Shown here piece after piece: positions 51,803 through 61,495 of a stretch of 62,395 nt of DNA. Both the position numbers and the translations under genes were made by a program. The stretch lies in NCBI GenBank assembly GCA_947449025.1, contig CANFQF010000001.1:1-62395 (forward strand), written 5' to 3'. This stretch comes from Comamonadaceae bacterium (GTDB lineage: Bacteria > Pseudomonadota > Gammaproteobacteria > Burkholderiales > Burkholderiaceae_C). The notes beneath the pieces were generated by a model. The model worked only from the letters and a program-made list of their open reading frames with translations. It had not been told where the DNA came from and searched no databases. The stretch's first letter is position 1, and every line of letters begins with the position of its first letter.

Positions 51803-52591
51803 TCAGGCTGCGGCGGCGCGGGCCGCGGCAATGATCTGGAGGAAATCGGCCGACTTCAGCGAGGCGCCGCCGATGAGGCCGCCGTCAATGTCGGGCTGGG
51901 CCAGCAAGCTGGCCGCGTTGGCGGCGTTCATGCTGCCGCCGTAGAGGATGCGGACACGGTCGTCGCGGGTGGACGCCGCGTGCAACTGGGCACGCAACAC
52001 TGCATGCACCTGCTGGGCCTGCTCGGGCGTGGCGGTCCGGCCGGTGCCGATCGCCCAGACCGGCTCGTAGGCGACGACGATCTCGCTGATGCAGTGGCCG
52101 TTGACGTGAATCACAGCGGCCAGCTGGCGCTTGACCACGGCCTCGGTCTGGCCGGCTTCACGCTCGGCGAGGGTCTCGCCCACGCAGACGATGGGCGTGA
52201 TGCCGGCAGCCAGGGCCGCCTTGGCCTTGTCGGCCACCTGGGCGTCGGTCTCGCCGTGGTACTGGCGCCGCTCAGAGTGGCCGACGATCACATAGCGGGC
52301 GCCGAACTCGCGCAACATGGCGGCCGACACCTCACCGGTGTAGGCACCCGAAGCGTGAACGGAGACGTCCTGCGCGCCCAGGTCCAGAGCGCTGGCCTGG
52401 ACCAGCGACTGCACCTGTGCCAGGTAGGGCGCGGGCACGCACAAGGCCACATCGGCGCCGGAACCGACATTGGCGCCAGCCCCCTCGCCTGCCGCCGGCA
52501 GGCCGGCGACGACGGCGCGCACCAGCGCCTCGTTGGCCTGCAGGCTGCCGTTCATCTTCCAGTTGCCGGCGATGAGCTTCTTGCGGTTCAT
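51803..52591 (-). CDS. tpiA: Triosephosphate isomerase
   Basis: [24 protein letters not shown] and YGGS motifs. Confidence 0.98.
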   Translation of the reverse strand: MNRKKLIAGNWKMNGSLQANEALVRAVVAGLPAAGEGAGANVGSGADVALCVPAPYLAQVQSLVQASALDLGAQDVSVHASGAYTGEVSAAMLREFGARYVIVGHSERRQYHGETDAQVADKAKAALAAGITPIVCVGETLAEREAGQTEAVVKRQLAAVIHVNGHCISEIVVAYEPVWAIGTGRTATPEQAQQVHAVLRAQLHAASTRDDRVRILYGGSMNAANAASLLAQPDIDGGLIGGASLKSADFLQIIAAARAAAA

Positions 52592-52631
52592 GGTCAGATC
52601 AGGAACAAACAGGTATCTTGAAAAAACGGGT

Positions 52632-53618
52632 TTACCAGGTCAGCACGATCTTGCCGACGTGCTGGCTGGACTCCATCAGCGCATGCGCCTGGGCCGCCTC
52701 GGCGGCCGGGAAGGTGGCATGCACCACGGGCCGGATGGTGCCCGATTCGATCAGGGGCCAGACCGTCGCGCGCAGCGAGGAGGCAATCTTGCCTTTGAAT
52801 TCCACAGGGCGGGGTCGCAGGGTAGAGCCGGTGATGTGCAGCCGGCGGGTGAGCACTCGGGCTGCGTTGAAGCCGGCCTTCACCCCGCCTTGCAGGGCGA
52901 TGATCACCAAACGCCCGTCCTCGGCCAGACAGTCGACCTCACGGGCGACGTAGTCGCCAGCCACCATGTCGAGGATCACGTCCACGCCACGGCCACCGGT
53001 CAGGCGCAGCGCCTCGGCGGCGAAGTCTTGCTCGCGGTAGTTGATGGCATGGTCGGCGCCAAGCTTCAGGCAGGCGGCGCACTTGTCGGCGCTGCCCGCC
53101 GTCGCAATCACCCGCGCGCCCAGGGCCTTGGCCATCTGGATCGCGGTCACGCCGATGCCCGAGGTGCCGCCTTGCACCAGCAGGGTCTCGCCTGGCTGCA
53201 GCGCGCCGCGGTCAAAGACGTTGCTCCACACGGTGAAGAAAGTCTCGGGCAGCGACGCGGCCTGCACCGGAGACAGTCCCCGGGGCACAGGCAGGCACTG
53301 GGCCACCGGCGCCACGCAATACTGGGCATAGCCGCCGCCGGCCACCAAAGCGCAGACGGCATCACCCGGCTTCAGGCCGGCCTGCGCCATCGCTGCGGCG
53401 TCACCCGAGATCACCTCGCCGGCCACTTCGAGGCCCGGCAGGTCAGAGGCGCCGGGCGGCGCCGGGTACAGCCCCTTGCGCTGCATCACGTCGGGCCGGT
53501 TCACACCGCTGGCCGTCACCCGCAGCAGCACCTCCCCCGCACCCGCTTGGGGCTGGGGACGCTCGGCCAGGCGCAGCACCTCAGGGGCGCCGGGCTCACG
53601 GATTTCGACGGCTTGCAT
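52632..53618 (-). CDS. NAD(P)H-quinone oxidoreductase (PIG3-like, MDR family)
   Basis: GVNRPD, PGLEVAG, GGTSGIG and HVGKIVL motifs. Confidence 0.92.
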   Translation of the reverse strand: MQAVEIREPGAPEVLRLAERPQPQAGAGEVLLRVTASGVNRPDVMQRKGLYPAPPGASDLPGLEVAGEVISGDAAAMAQAGLKPGDAVCALVAGGGYAQYCVAPVAQCLPVPRGLSPVQAASLPETFFTVWSNVFDRGALQPGETLLVQGGTSGIGVTAIQMAKALGARVIATAGSADKCAACLKLGADHAINYREQDFAAEALRLTGGRGVDVILDMVAGDYVAREVDCLAEDGRLVIIALQGGVKAGFNAARVLTRRLHITGSTLRPRPVEFKGKIASSLRATVWPLIESGTIRPVVHATFPAAEAAQAHALMESSQHVGKIVLTW

Positions 53619-53765
53619 GGGCGATGTCGCAGCGGTGGTTAGCAGCGGTAAAGAGCAGCAGTGAAGGCCCCGCGTGATTGGCGCACGGCCCGCGACCCGG
53701 CATGACCGGGAGCGCGGGCCGAAGGCGCCAAGGGGGGCCGGATCGGCCGCGCGGCTGATTTCGGC

Positions 53766-55898
53766 TTAGTGGCCCTGGCCTTCGGTCGGGGCGGCTTCGC
53801 GGGCCGGGCGGTCGAGCAGCGCCTTCATGGACAGCTTGATGCGGCCCTTCTCGTCGGTCTCGAGCACCTTGACGCGCACGACCTGGCCTTCGGACAGGTA
53901 GTCGGTGACCTTCTCGACGCGCTCATGGGCGATCTGCGAGATGTGCAGCAGGCCGTCCTTGCCGGGCAGCAGGTTGACCAGGGCGCCGAAGTCCAGGATC
54001 TTGGTGATCGGGCCTTCGTAGACCTTGCCAATTTCCACTTCAGCGGTGATCTGCTCGATGCGCTGCTTGGCGATGTCGGCCTTGGCGGCGTCCGTCGCGG
54101 CGATGGTGATGGTGCCGTCTTCGTCGATGTTGATCTGGCAGCCGGTCTCTTCGGTCAGACCGCGGATCACGGAGCCGCCCTTGCCGATCACGTCGCGGAT
54201 CTTCTCGGGGTTGATCTTCATCGTGTAGAGCTTGGGCGCGAAGTTGCTCACCTCGGTCTTGGCCTCGCCCATCGCCTCTTGCATCTTGCCCAGGATGTGC
54301 ATGCGCGCTTCCTTGGCCTGAGCCAGGGCGACCTGCATGATTTCCTTGGTGATGCCCTGGATCTTGATGTCCATCTGCAAGGCGGTGATGCCGTTGGTGG
54401 TGCCAGCGACCTTGAAGTCCATGTCGCCCAGGTGATCTTCGTCACCCAGGATGTCGGTCAGCACCGCGAAGCGGTTGCCTTCCTTGATCAGGCCCATGGC
54501 GATGCCGGCCACATGGGCCTTCATCGGCACGCCGGCGTCCATCATCGACAGGCAGCCGCCGCAGACCGAAGCCATGGAGGAAGAGCCGTTGGACTCGGTG
54601 ATCTCGGACACCACGCGGATGGTGTAGGGGAACTCTTCCTTCGAGGGCAGGCAGGCAACCAGCGCGCGCTTGGCCAGGCGGCCGTGACCGACTTCGCGGC
54701 GCTTGGTTGAACCCATGCGGCCGACTTCACCGGTGGCGAAGGGGGGCATGTTGTAGTGGAACAGGAAGCGGTCTTCGAACTCGCCAGCCAGCGCGTCGAT
54801 GCGCTGGGCGTCGCGCTCGGTGCCCAGGGTGGCGATCACCAGGGCCTGGGTCTCGCCGCGGGTGAACAGGGCCGAACCGTGGGTACGGGGCAGCACGCTG
54901 TTGCGGATTTCGATCGGGCGCACGGTGCGGGTGTCGCGGCCGTCAATACGCGGCTCGCCATTCAAGATCTGGCTGCGCACGATGTTCGATTCGATGGCGA
55001 ACAGCAGGTCGTCGACCTTGCCGGCCTCGTAGGCAGCGCCTTCGGCCTTGAGCGCGGCGTGCACCGAGGCAGAGGCCTCGCGCAGGGCCTGGGTGCGGGC
55101 TTGCTTGGAGCGGATCTGGTAGACAGCGCGCAGCTTTTCTTCGGCCAGGCCATTGACCTTGGCGATGAAGGGCTCGTCCTTGGCAGGCGGCTGCCAGTCC
55201 CAGGTCGGCTTGCCAGCGTCACGCACCAGCTCGTGAATGGCGTTGATGGCGATCTTGCCCTGGTCGTGGCCGAAGACCACGGCACCGAGCATGACTTCTT
55301 CGGGCAGTTGCAGCGCCTCGGATTCGACCATCAGCACGGCCGCTTCGGTGCCGGCAACGACCAGGTCCATCACCGAGTCCTTGCGCTGGGTCTGACCCGG
55401 GTTCAAAACGTACTCGCCATTGATGTAGCCCACGCGCGCGGCGCCAATGGGGCCAGCGAAGGGAATGCCGGAGATGGCCAGCGCGGCGCTGGTACCGATC
55501 ATGGCGGCGATGTCGGCGTCGACCTCGGGGTTGAGCGACACGGTGTGGATCACCACGTGCACTTCATTGAGGAAACCCTCGGGGAAGAGCGGGCGGATCG
55601 GGCGGTCGATCAGGCGGGAGGTGAGCGTCTCGAGCTCGGAGGGCTTGGCCTCGCGCTTGAAGAAGCTGCCGGGAATCTTGCCGGCGGCGTAGGTCTTCTC
55701 GATGTAGTCGACGGTGAGGGGGAAGAAGTCTTGGCCGGGCTTGGCGGACTTGGAGGCGACCACCGTGGCCAAAACGACGGTGTCGTCGATATTGACCAGC
55801 ACGGCGCCGGTGGCTTGGCGGGCAATTTCGCCGGTTTCCAGGGTGACCGTGTGCTGGCCCCACTGGAAGGTCTTGGTGACTTTGTTGAACATGGTCAT
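53766..55898 (-). CDS. pnp: Polyribonucleotide nucleotidyltransferase
   Basis: [32 protein letters not shown], plus KH and S1 domains. Confidence 0.98.
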   Translation of the reverse strand: MTMFNKVTKTFQWGQHTVTLETGEIARQATGAVLVNIDDTVVLATVVASKSAKPGQDFFPLTVDYIEKTYAAGKIPGSFFKREAKPSELETLTSRLIDRPIRPLFPEGFLNEVHVVIHTVSLNPEVDADIAAMIGTSAALAISGIPFAGPIGAARVGYINGEYVLNPGQTQRKDSVMDLVVAGTEAAVLMVESEALQLPEEVMLGAVVFGHDQGKIAINAIHELVRDAGKPTWDWQPPAKDEPFIAKVNGLAEEKLRAVYQIRSKQARTQALREASASVHAALKAEGAAYEAGKVDDLLFAIESNIVRSQILNGEPRIDGRDTRTVRPIEIRNSVLPRTHGSALFTRGETQALVIATLGTERDAQRIDALAGEFEDRFLFHYNMPPFATGEVGRMGSTKRREVGHGRLAKRALVACLPSKEEFPYTIRVVSEITESNGSSSMASVCGGCLSMMDAGVPMKAHVAGIAMGLIKEGNRFAVLTDILGDEDHLGDMDFKVAGTTNGITALQMDIKIQGITKEIMQVALAQAKEARMHILGKMQEAMGEAKTEVSNFAPKLYTMKINPEKIRDVIGKGGSVIRGLTEETGCQINIDEDGTITIAATDAAKADIAKQRIEQITAEVEIGKVYEGPITKILDFGALVNLLPGKDGLLHISQIAHERVEKVTDYLSEGQVVRVKVLETDEKGRIKLSMKALLDRPAREAAPTEGQGH

Positions 55899-55944
55899 GT
55901 GCGTTCTCTTTCTCGGTTGAAAGGAGCCTCGAGTCGGACACGAT

Positions 55945-55990
55945 GCCATTCCATCAACGGCCTGTCGCGGCAGGCGACTGATGGAATGAC
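55945..55990 (-). promoter_or_regulatory. pnp leader stem-loop (candidate RNase III processing site)
   Basis: Perfect 10-bp arms CATTCCATCA/TGATGGAATG with an inner GCCTG/CAGGC stem, in the rpsO-pnp spacer. Confidence 0.6.
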
Positions 55991-56117
55991 ACAGCGCGTG
56001 TACGTCTGTCGGTCTCCGGGGAAGGATCGATCGGGTGATCGAAGTGGAAAGTCGAAGTAGAAAGCGCCTGAGCTGGTGGTTGACCGACTCAGGCGCGTTT
56101 CATGGAAATGGAGTGCT

Positions 56118-56381
56118 TTACTTGCGCAGGCCCAGGGTGGCGATCAGCGCGGTGTAGCGAGGGGCGTCCTTGTTCTTCAGGTACGCCAGCAGGCTCTTGC
56201 GGCGGTTGACCATGCGCAGCAGGCCACGGCGGCCGTGGTGGTCTTTGGCATGGGTCTTGAAGTGGGGGGTCAGCTCGTTGATGCGAGCGGTCAGCAGGGC
56301 GACCTGAACTTCGGGGCTGCCAGTGTCGTTGGCAGAGCGGGCGTGGGCCTTGACGACCTCGGCCGTGGTGGATGCGAGCAT
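56118..56381 (-). CDS. rpsO: 30S ribosomal protein S15
   Basis: [20 protein letters not shown]...[13 protein letters not shown] motif. Confidence 0.98.
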   Translation of the reverse strand: MLASTTAEVVKAHARSANDTGSPEVQVALLTARINELTPHFKTHAKDHHGRRGLLRMVNRRKSLLAYLKNKDAPRYTALIATLGLRK

Positions 56382-56485
56382 GGTGTTTCCTTAGAGGTTT
56401 TGGACTTGCGCCAAGGCTGGAACGTGGCCCTGGCGTGTGCACACAACGTGCGTTTCCCCCAGCCATACAGGCCAAGGAACCGCGG

Positions 56486-56491
56486 ATTATA
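56486..56491 (-). promoter_or_regulatory. -10 element (TATAAT) of the rpsO-pnp promoter
   Basis: Perfect TATAAT on the minus strand ~105 bp upstream of rpsO; -35 not obvious. Confidence 0.5.
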
Positions 56492-56548
56492 GCGGGCAGT
56501 CCTTGGGGTTCAGGGGCGGCCGGCCCTGCGGACGCCTCATCAGCGATA

Positions 56549-56571
56549 TGTGAGCTTTATTACTCACAATC
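56549..56571 (+). promoter_or_regulatory. Shared upstream motif, copy 1 (palindromic TGTGAG-N8-CTCACA)
   Basis: TGTGAGCTTTATTACTCACAATC; matches 59054-59076. Confidence 0.55.
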
Positions 56572-56646
56572 TGTCGCAGGCCACGCGTCGCAGGCCGCAC
56601 GCCCGTCCAGATTCACCGCGCCCCACCGCTCTCAAAGGCCACACCT

Positions 56647-58974
56647 ATGCAAGCCCGATCGCCCCTGGCGGGTTCCCCCCGCCACACGTCCTATGCCCAG
56701 GCCACCGTACGCGCGCCCAAGCGCGCACGGGACGAGGAAACAAAAAGTTCCTCCAGCTCCTCCAGCTCCTCCAGCTCCTCCAGCGCGGCCGGCCCGCTGG
56801 CGCGGCGCGTCCAGCCCCTGACCACCTCCGTGGCCTCCGAGCCCTCCCCTCCCTTCGCGTACAACGCCTCGGCCCAGTCCGCTGCGGGCTTTCGCAGTCT
56901 CGGGGCCTGGCGCCACAGAGACGCCGACCTGCCCGCGCCCCCGCGCCGATCATCTCGGGTCCCGCCCGATGGCGTCCTGGACCGGATTGCTGCCTTTGTC
57001 CCCGACCCCCGGCCCCTGGCCTACCTCGCGGGCCTGCGCAGGGCACTTCGCATGCCGGGCAAGGGCCTCTCGGGGGGACACCAGGCCATGCTCGGCCTGC
57101 GGCCCGAAGTGCTCTTTGAACTGCATCCGGACTTTCGGACCCTGGGTGACTGGCGCCGTTACTTTCGGGCGGGCGGCACGCTGGACAAAATCCCTGAACA
57201 GGAGCGCGGCCCGGATTGCTTTCGCGCCGCCGTGGAGGCGGACGCGGCAGCCATCCGGCGACTCCCCCCGAACAGGCGCAAGCTCGTCTTTGTCTGCGAC
57301 CTGCTGCGCCGCAACGGCCTGGCGCTGGGTCACCTGCCTCTGAACATGCTGGCGCGAAACACCCCGTGGCGGGCGGCACTGGTCGAGGCGGCGGTGAGCG
57401 GCCCGCACCTGCCCTGGGTCCGGCATGTGCCGGCAGACCTGCTCACCACCGACCTGTGCCGCAGGCTTCTGGGCAGCCGCCCTCTGGATATTGGCGATGC
57501 GCCCGAGAGGCGCCTCACCGAAGGGATGTGCGTGGCCGCCATTGGCGCGATGCCGGCGCGGGATTACCAGCGGACATGGGCCCTGATCCCCAAGCAGCTG
57601 CGCGGCGCTGCGGTCGCCGATGCCTTGGCTGATTTCTGCCTCCAGCACGGTCGCCCGTTCAAGGTGGCGGCGAGCGATTTCCTCCCGTCCGCAAGCGCTT
57701 CCCGAAACTTCCAGGACCTGATGGCCTTGAGCCACCCGGCGCAATTCCTGCGCAGTGGCGGTGGCACCTGTTCGCTGCAAGCGCTCGCGTCGTATTGCGC
57801 CAAGCTCCCGGGCTACGACAGGGAGATCGCGCTCGAGACCGTGGTCACCGCCATTCAAGGCGCGGCCCGGCGTTCAGGCATCCCACTGGATCGCCCGGTG
57901 ACCCTGCCGCTGGAAACCGGTGATATGCGGCTGGCGGATCTGGGCGAGCGGTCGGTCCTGCGGTGGGCGCTGACGCACCACGGCGACTGGATTCGCCACG
58001 CATCCGACCAGAACCGGCACGATGTGGAGCTGTGCCGCATCGCCTTGGACTCCAGATTCGCCGTGCTCATGGAGATTCCGTTCGAGGTGATCCAGGCGCA
58101 TCCCGATCTGGCGATCCAGGTGTTGCGCAGAACGGAACCGATCGATGTGGGTGACGATCAATTCGACCCTTTCTCTCAAATCCGGGAAGAGGTCTGGGCG
58201 CTGTTCGACGGCAAGACGAAAGAGGCTCTTTGCAGGGAGATCCTTCCGCGCTTCGGCCATGCCGTGGAATCCATCCACGAATTGGAGCCCGACCTGCTGA
58301 CCGATGACATGTATGCGCTGGCGGCCGCAGGCGGGTGCAACCTGGACGATATTCCGACGCGCCTGCAGGCGGCGCTGCGGGAGGTCTCGGTCTTGAAACA
58401 GTACACCAACCTGCTCGCTATTGACGAGGACGACCGCACCTTGGCCCTGTGCGAACGGGCCATCGCCAGCAACCCGAAGGCCTGGAAGTATGTTCCCGCG
58501 CGTCACCTCTGCGGCGCCCTGGAAGAGAGGGCCATGAAGATAGTCTCCTCCTACCTGGGCGAATGGATCGACCAGGCCGACGGCCGCTTGACCGACCGGT
58601 TCCTGATCCGGGCCGTGACGGAAGGCGGAGCCAACCCGCAATGGCTCCCCCCGCACCTGCGCAGCGCCCAGGTCTTCCAGTTGGCCATTCAACGCAACCC
58701 GAAATACATGCAGGGCATGAGCTGGATGACGGATGCCTGGGTCCCGGTCCTGCAGGACGCGATGCTGCGTGAGGATGGCTCGCGCATCCGGTTCATCCCC
58801 GCAGGGCGAGTCACCTCCCAGCAGATGACTGTGGCCTATCAACATCACGCGGCGCGTGACGATCTGATGCAAATATTCGATCGCTCGATCGGACCGACGC
58901 GCGGCAACCCGACAGTGCGCATGGCCGAATTTGAAACCCTCATGTCGGTGCCCGATCTCAACCCAGGGAGGTAG
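56647..58974 (+). CDS. Large hypothetical protein P1: Ser/Pro-rich N-terminus, F-box-like segment, DUF4116-like repeats
   Basis: 775-aa ORF paralogous to the next two; recurring ~25-aa [IV]P..xxT.(E)xC..A[IV] units. Confidence 0.8.
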   Translation: MQARSPLAGSPRHTSYAQATVRAPKRARDEETKSSSSSSSSSSSSSAAGPLARRVQPLTTSVASEPSPPFAYNASAQSAAGFRSLGAWRHRDADLPAPPRRSSRVPPDGVLDRIAAFVPDPRPLAYLAGLRRALRMPGKGLSGGHQAMLGLRPEVLFELHPDFRTLGDWRRYFRAGGTLDKIPEQERGPDCFRAAVEADAAAIRRLPPNRRKLVFVCDLLRRNGLALGHLPLNMLARNTPWRAALVEAAVSGPHLPWVRHVPADLLTTDLCRRLLGSRPLDIGDAPERRLTEGMCVAAIGAMPARDYQRTWALIPKQLRGAAVADALADFCLQHGRPFKVAASDFLPSASASRNFQDLMALSHPAQFLRSGGGTCSLQALASYCAKLPGYDREIALETVVTAIQGAARRSGIPLDRPVTLPLETGDMRLADLGERSVLRWALTHHGDWIRHASDQNRHDVELCRIALDSRFAVLMEIPFEVIQAHPDLAIQVLRRTEPIDVGDDQFDPFSQIREEVWALFDGKTKEALCREILPRFGHAVESIHELEPDLLTDDMYALAAAGGCNLDDIPTRLQAALREVSVLKQYTNLLAIDEDDRTLALCERAIASNPKAWKYVPARHLCGALEERAMKIVSSYLGEWIDQADGRLTDRFLIRAVTEGGANPQWLPPHLRSAQVFQLAIQRNPKYMQGMSWMTDAWVPVLQDAMLREDGSRIRFIPAGRVTSQQMTVAYQHHAARDDLMQIFDRSIGPTRGNPTVRMAEFETLMSVPDLNPGR
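56749..56784 (+). repeat. (TCCTCCAGC)x4 in-frame microsatellite within a Ser13 tract
   Basis: Read directly from the sequence. Confidence 0.95.
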
Positions 58975-59053
58975 TCATCGCGCGGCGAGCGGCTGGCCGA
59001 AATAACAGCCGCTGGATGGGTCGTTGCGGCAAGCGGTCATCGCCTCAGGGAAG

Positions 59054-59076
59054 TGAGAGCTTTGGTACGCACAATC
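59054..59076 (+). promoter_or_regulatory. Shared upstream motif, copy 2
   Basis: TGAGAGCTTTGGTACGCACAATC upstream of P2. Confidence 0.5.
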
Positions 59077-59110
59077 CGCCGCGCCCCTCACTCTTTGCGG
59101 ACGCCACGCG

Positions 59111-61462
59111 ATGCAAGCACGCAGCCCCTCTCCCCTTCCCGGCTTTCCCGGCTCTCCCCGCCTCACCTCCTATGCCCCAGCCGCCGCGCCCTCGCCCGCG
59201 GCGACTGCCGCGCCCCCACAGGCACCCGCCGACGGCCCAGCCGCCGCCCGCTCAGCCAAGCGCTCTCGCGAGGAGGTGGCGGGCAGCGCCTCCAGCAATT
59301 CCTCCAGCCCCCTGGCGCAGCGCCGCCAGCCCATGACGCAGGCTTTGGCGCAGGCTTTGGCGCAAACGCCGGCACCCGCCTCCTTCCACACCAGCCACCG
59401 ATCGTCCCGGGCCTTTGACATGCCCCTGGCTGGCGGTGCTTTCGCGCGCCGATTCCAATCGGACGGCAAGGCCGGGGCTCAGTCCGCCCCCCTGGCCGGC
59501 CCGCGCCGCCCACCCTTGCTGGCCATCCCACCGTCTGAGCGCACCGAACAAGACTACCGCGCCTACTTTGAGTCCGGCGGCACGCTCGCCCGCATTCGCG
59601 AGGGCGATCGCGACTTGCTCTGCTACCGGGTTGCGATCACGTACGACCCACGCTCGCTCAAGGACATCCCGCTCAAGTTGAAGCTGCAACACCCCTGGCT
59701 GTGCCAGGAAGCCGCGAGCCTCGACGGCTACACGTTTGAGTCCATCCCCAAGAAGCTGCTGGCCAAAACCTCCCGCTACCGCGAGTCGCTGTGCGCCCTG
59801 GCCTATGCCAGCCCCCGCCCACCGCGCCTGCGCGACGTACCGGTGGACCTGCAAACCGAAGCACGCTGTATCCGCTCGCTGCAGTGGGCGCCCTATGACC
59901 TGGGCGACATTCCGGAACAGCAGATCACCGCCCCGATGTGCTTGGCCTCGCTCAAGCACACACCGCAGATCTGCAAGCCGAAGGACCATGACGCCATTCC
60001 TTACCGCGTGCGCGATGCAGCCGTGACCAAGGCCATGATTGCCCACGACTACATGATGCAAAACGGGAGCAGGCCCGCGCGACAGTGGTACCCGCCCGAT
60101 GTGTTCACGCCTGAGTTCGTTCAGGCCTACATCCGGCGATGCCCGGACGAAATTTATCGGAAGGAGATGTTCTCATTCCCGATTTCCCTCGACCTGCTGG
60201 CCGAAGCGCTGCACAAGAAGCCCCGGTTGCTGGTGGGTATCGGTTCGACGGAGAAAGCCGCGCAGCTCCTCCTGGACTCAGCCGGCGCAGAGGGCATCAA
60301 GGCGGGTGAAAAATTGCCCAGCGGCCGCTGGCCCGAGGGCGTGTTGCCGCCCGATCTGAGCCGGCTTGCGCTCATGCGCTGGGCCGTGTGCGCGCTTGGC
60401 GTGCGCGAATTTTCCAAGGTGCCCGGCGATCTGCGGGACGACGACGCGATCTGTCGCCAGATCATCAGCAAGGGTGGGGAGAATTCCTCCTGGCCATCCG
60501 GGGCGCCCGAATTCCTGCTGCGCTATTCGGACGCCATTCTGGAGCGGCTCGCTAAGTACCCCACAGCCCTGGCTGAGCTGCCAGATGCTGTCCTGGAGAA
60601 GCTGCCCAAGAAGTCTCTCCATGAGGTCAGCGTGGCCTGCTTGGCCCAACCTGTAAACGTGTATCCGTACTCCGATTTCATGCTAGCGCTGCGCAAGCTC
60701 GCGAGCCTAGCGCCGGGGGTTCTGACCGAGGAGATTCGTCAGCAGATCGGGGTCTCGCTGCGCCTTGCTGCCCAACCCACACAGCTGTGGGACCTTCAGG
60801 AGGACGACCGGACCCTCGAGCGCTGCGAGCGCGCGTTGGATGAGAGCGCCTTCAACTACCAGCATGTGCCAACCAAGCACCGGAGCTGGCCGCTGCTCTC
60901 TCGGGCCCTGCGGACCGACCCGTGGCTCATGGTCAGCGACGAGTTCCGGGACGAATGGGTGCCCGGGGGGGTGACAGAGACCATGTGCCTGGAGGCGATT
61001 GCAAAGCTGGGGGTCAGCCCCGCGGACATCCCGGAGAAGATCCAAAGCCGGGCGTCCTTCCATGCCGCTGTCCGCGCCCTGCCGACCCTCACCTACAACG
61101 AAACGGCCTTTGGGGGCTCGCTCCCGGACGGTTTAGACCGGTCGGAGGACAACGAGGACGCTTTAGACCGGCCGGAGGACGCGTTGACCATGGACTGGAT
61201 GGATCGCCTCATTCAGGAAGACCCCCGGCGGGCGCGTAGCGTTTCGCGCTTCGTCAAGCTCGACTGGGCCCTGACCGCCTACCGTCAGGGCATGGCTTGG
61301 GACGACGTCTGGAAGCACATCTCTGACCCTCAAATCGAAACTGATTTTCTGGCCGAGACCGGCCCCTTCACCGATTCGATGACGGGCCCGGTGCATCCGA
61401 TTCAGCCGGCCGCTGAATCTAGTAGCAGTAGCAGTAGCGCCTCGGCCGCGCGCCCGTCCTGA
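59111..61462 (+). CDS. Large hypothetical protein P2, paralog of P1 with DUF4116-like repeats
   Basis: 783-aa ORF; MQARSP start, YF..GGTL and DDRTL..CERA shared with P1. Confidence 0.8.
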   Translation: MQARSPSPLPGFPGSPRLTSYAPAAAPSPAATAAPPQAPADGPAAARSAKRSREEVAGSASSNSSSPLAQRRQPMTQALAQALAQTPAPASFHTSHRSSRAFDMPLAGGAFARRFQSDGKAGAQSAPLAGPRRPPLLAIPPSERTEQDYRAYFESGGTLARIREGDRDLLCYRVAITYDPRSLKDIPLKLKLQHPWLCQEAASLDGYTFESIPKKLLAKTSRYRESLCALAYASPRPPRLRDVPVDLQTEARCIRSLQWAPYDLGDIPEQQITAPMCLASLKHTPQICKPKDHDAIPYRVRDAAVTKAMIAHDYMMQNGSRPARQWYPPDVFTPEFVQAYIRRCPDEIYRKEMFSFPISLDLLAEALHKKPRLLVGIGSTEKAAQLLLDSAGAEGIKAGEKLPSGRWPEGVLPPDLSRLALMRWAVCALGVREFSKVPGDLRDDDAICRQIISKGGENSSWPSGAPEFLLRYSDAILERLAKYPTALAELPDAVLEKLPKKSLHEVSVACLAQPVNVYPYSDFMLALRKLASLAPGVLTEEIRQQIGVSLRLAAQPTQLWDLQEDDRTLERCERALDESAFNYQHVPTKHRSWPLLSRALRTDPWLMVSDEFRDEWVPGGVTETMCLEAIAKLGVSPADIPEKIQSRASFHAAVRALPTLTYNETAFGGSLPDGLDRSEDNEDALDRPEDALTMDWMDRLIQEDPRRARSVSRFVKLDWALTAYRQGMAWDDVWKHISDPQIETDFLAETGPFTDSMTGPVHPIQPAAESSSSSSSASAARPS

Positions 61463-61495
61463 TACCGCCGACCCTCACCTTGACCGGACACCCGC

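Noticed and set aside
56549-56568. CRP/FNR site
   Set aside because: TGTGA and TCACA are separated by 10 nt rather than the canonical 6.
56573-56596. GTCGCAGGCC direct repeat as a PIP/hrpII box; 13-mer also found at ~35044
   Set aside because: Spacing and sequence do not fit TTCG-N16-TTCG; a short GC-rich match may be chance.
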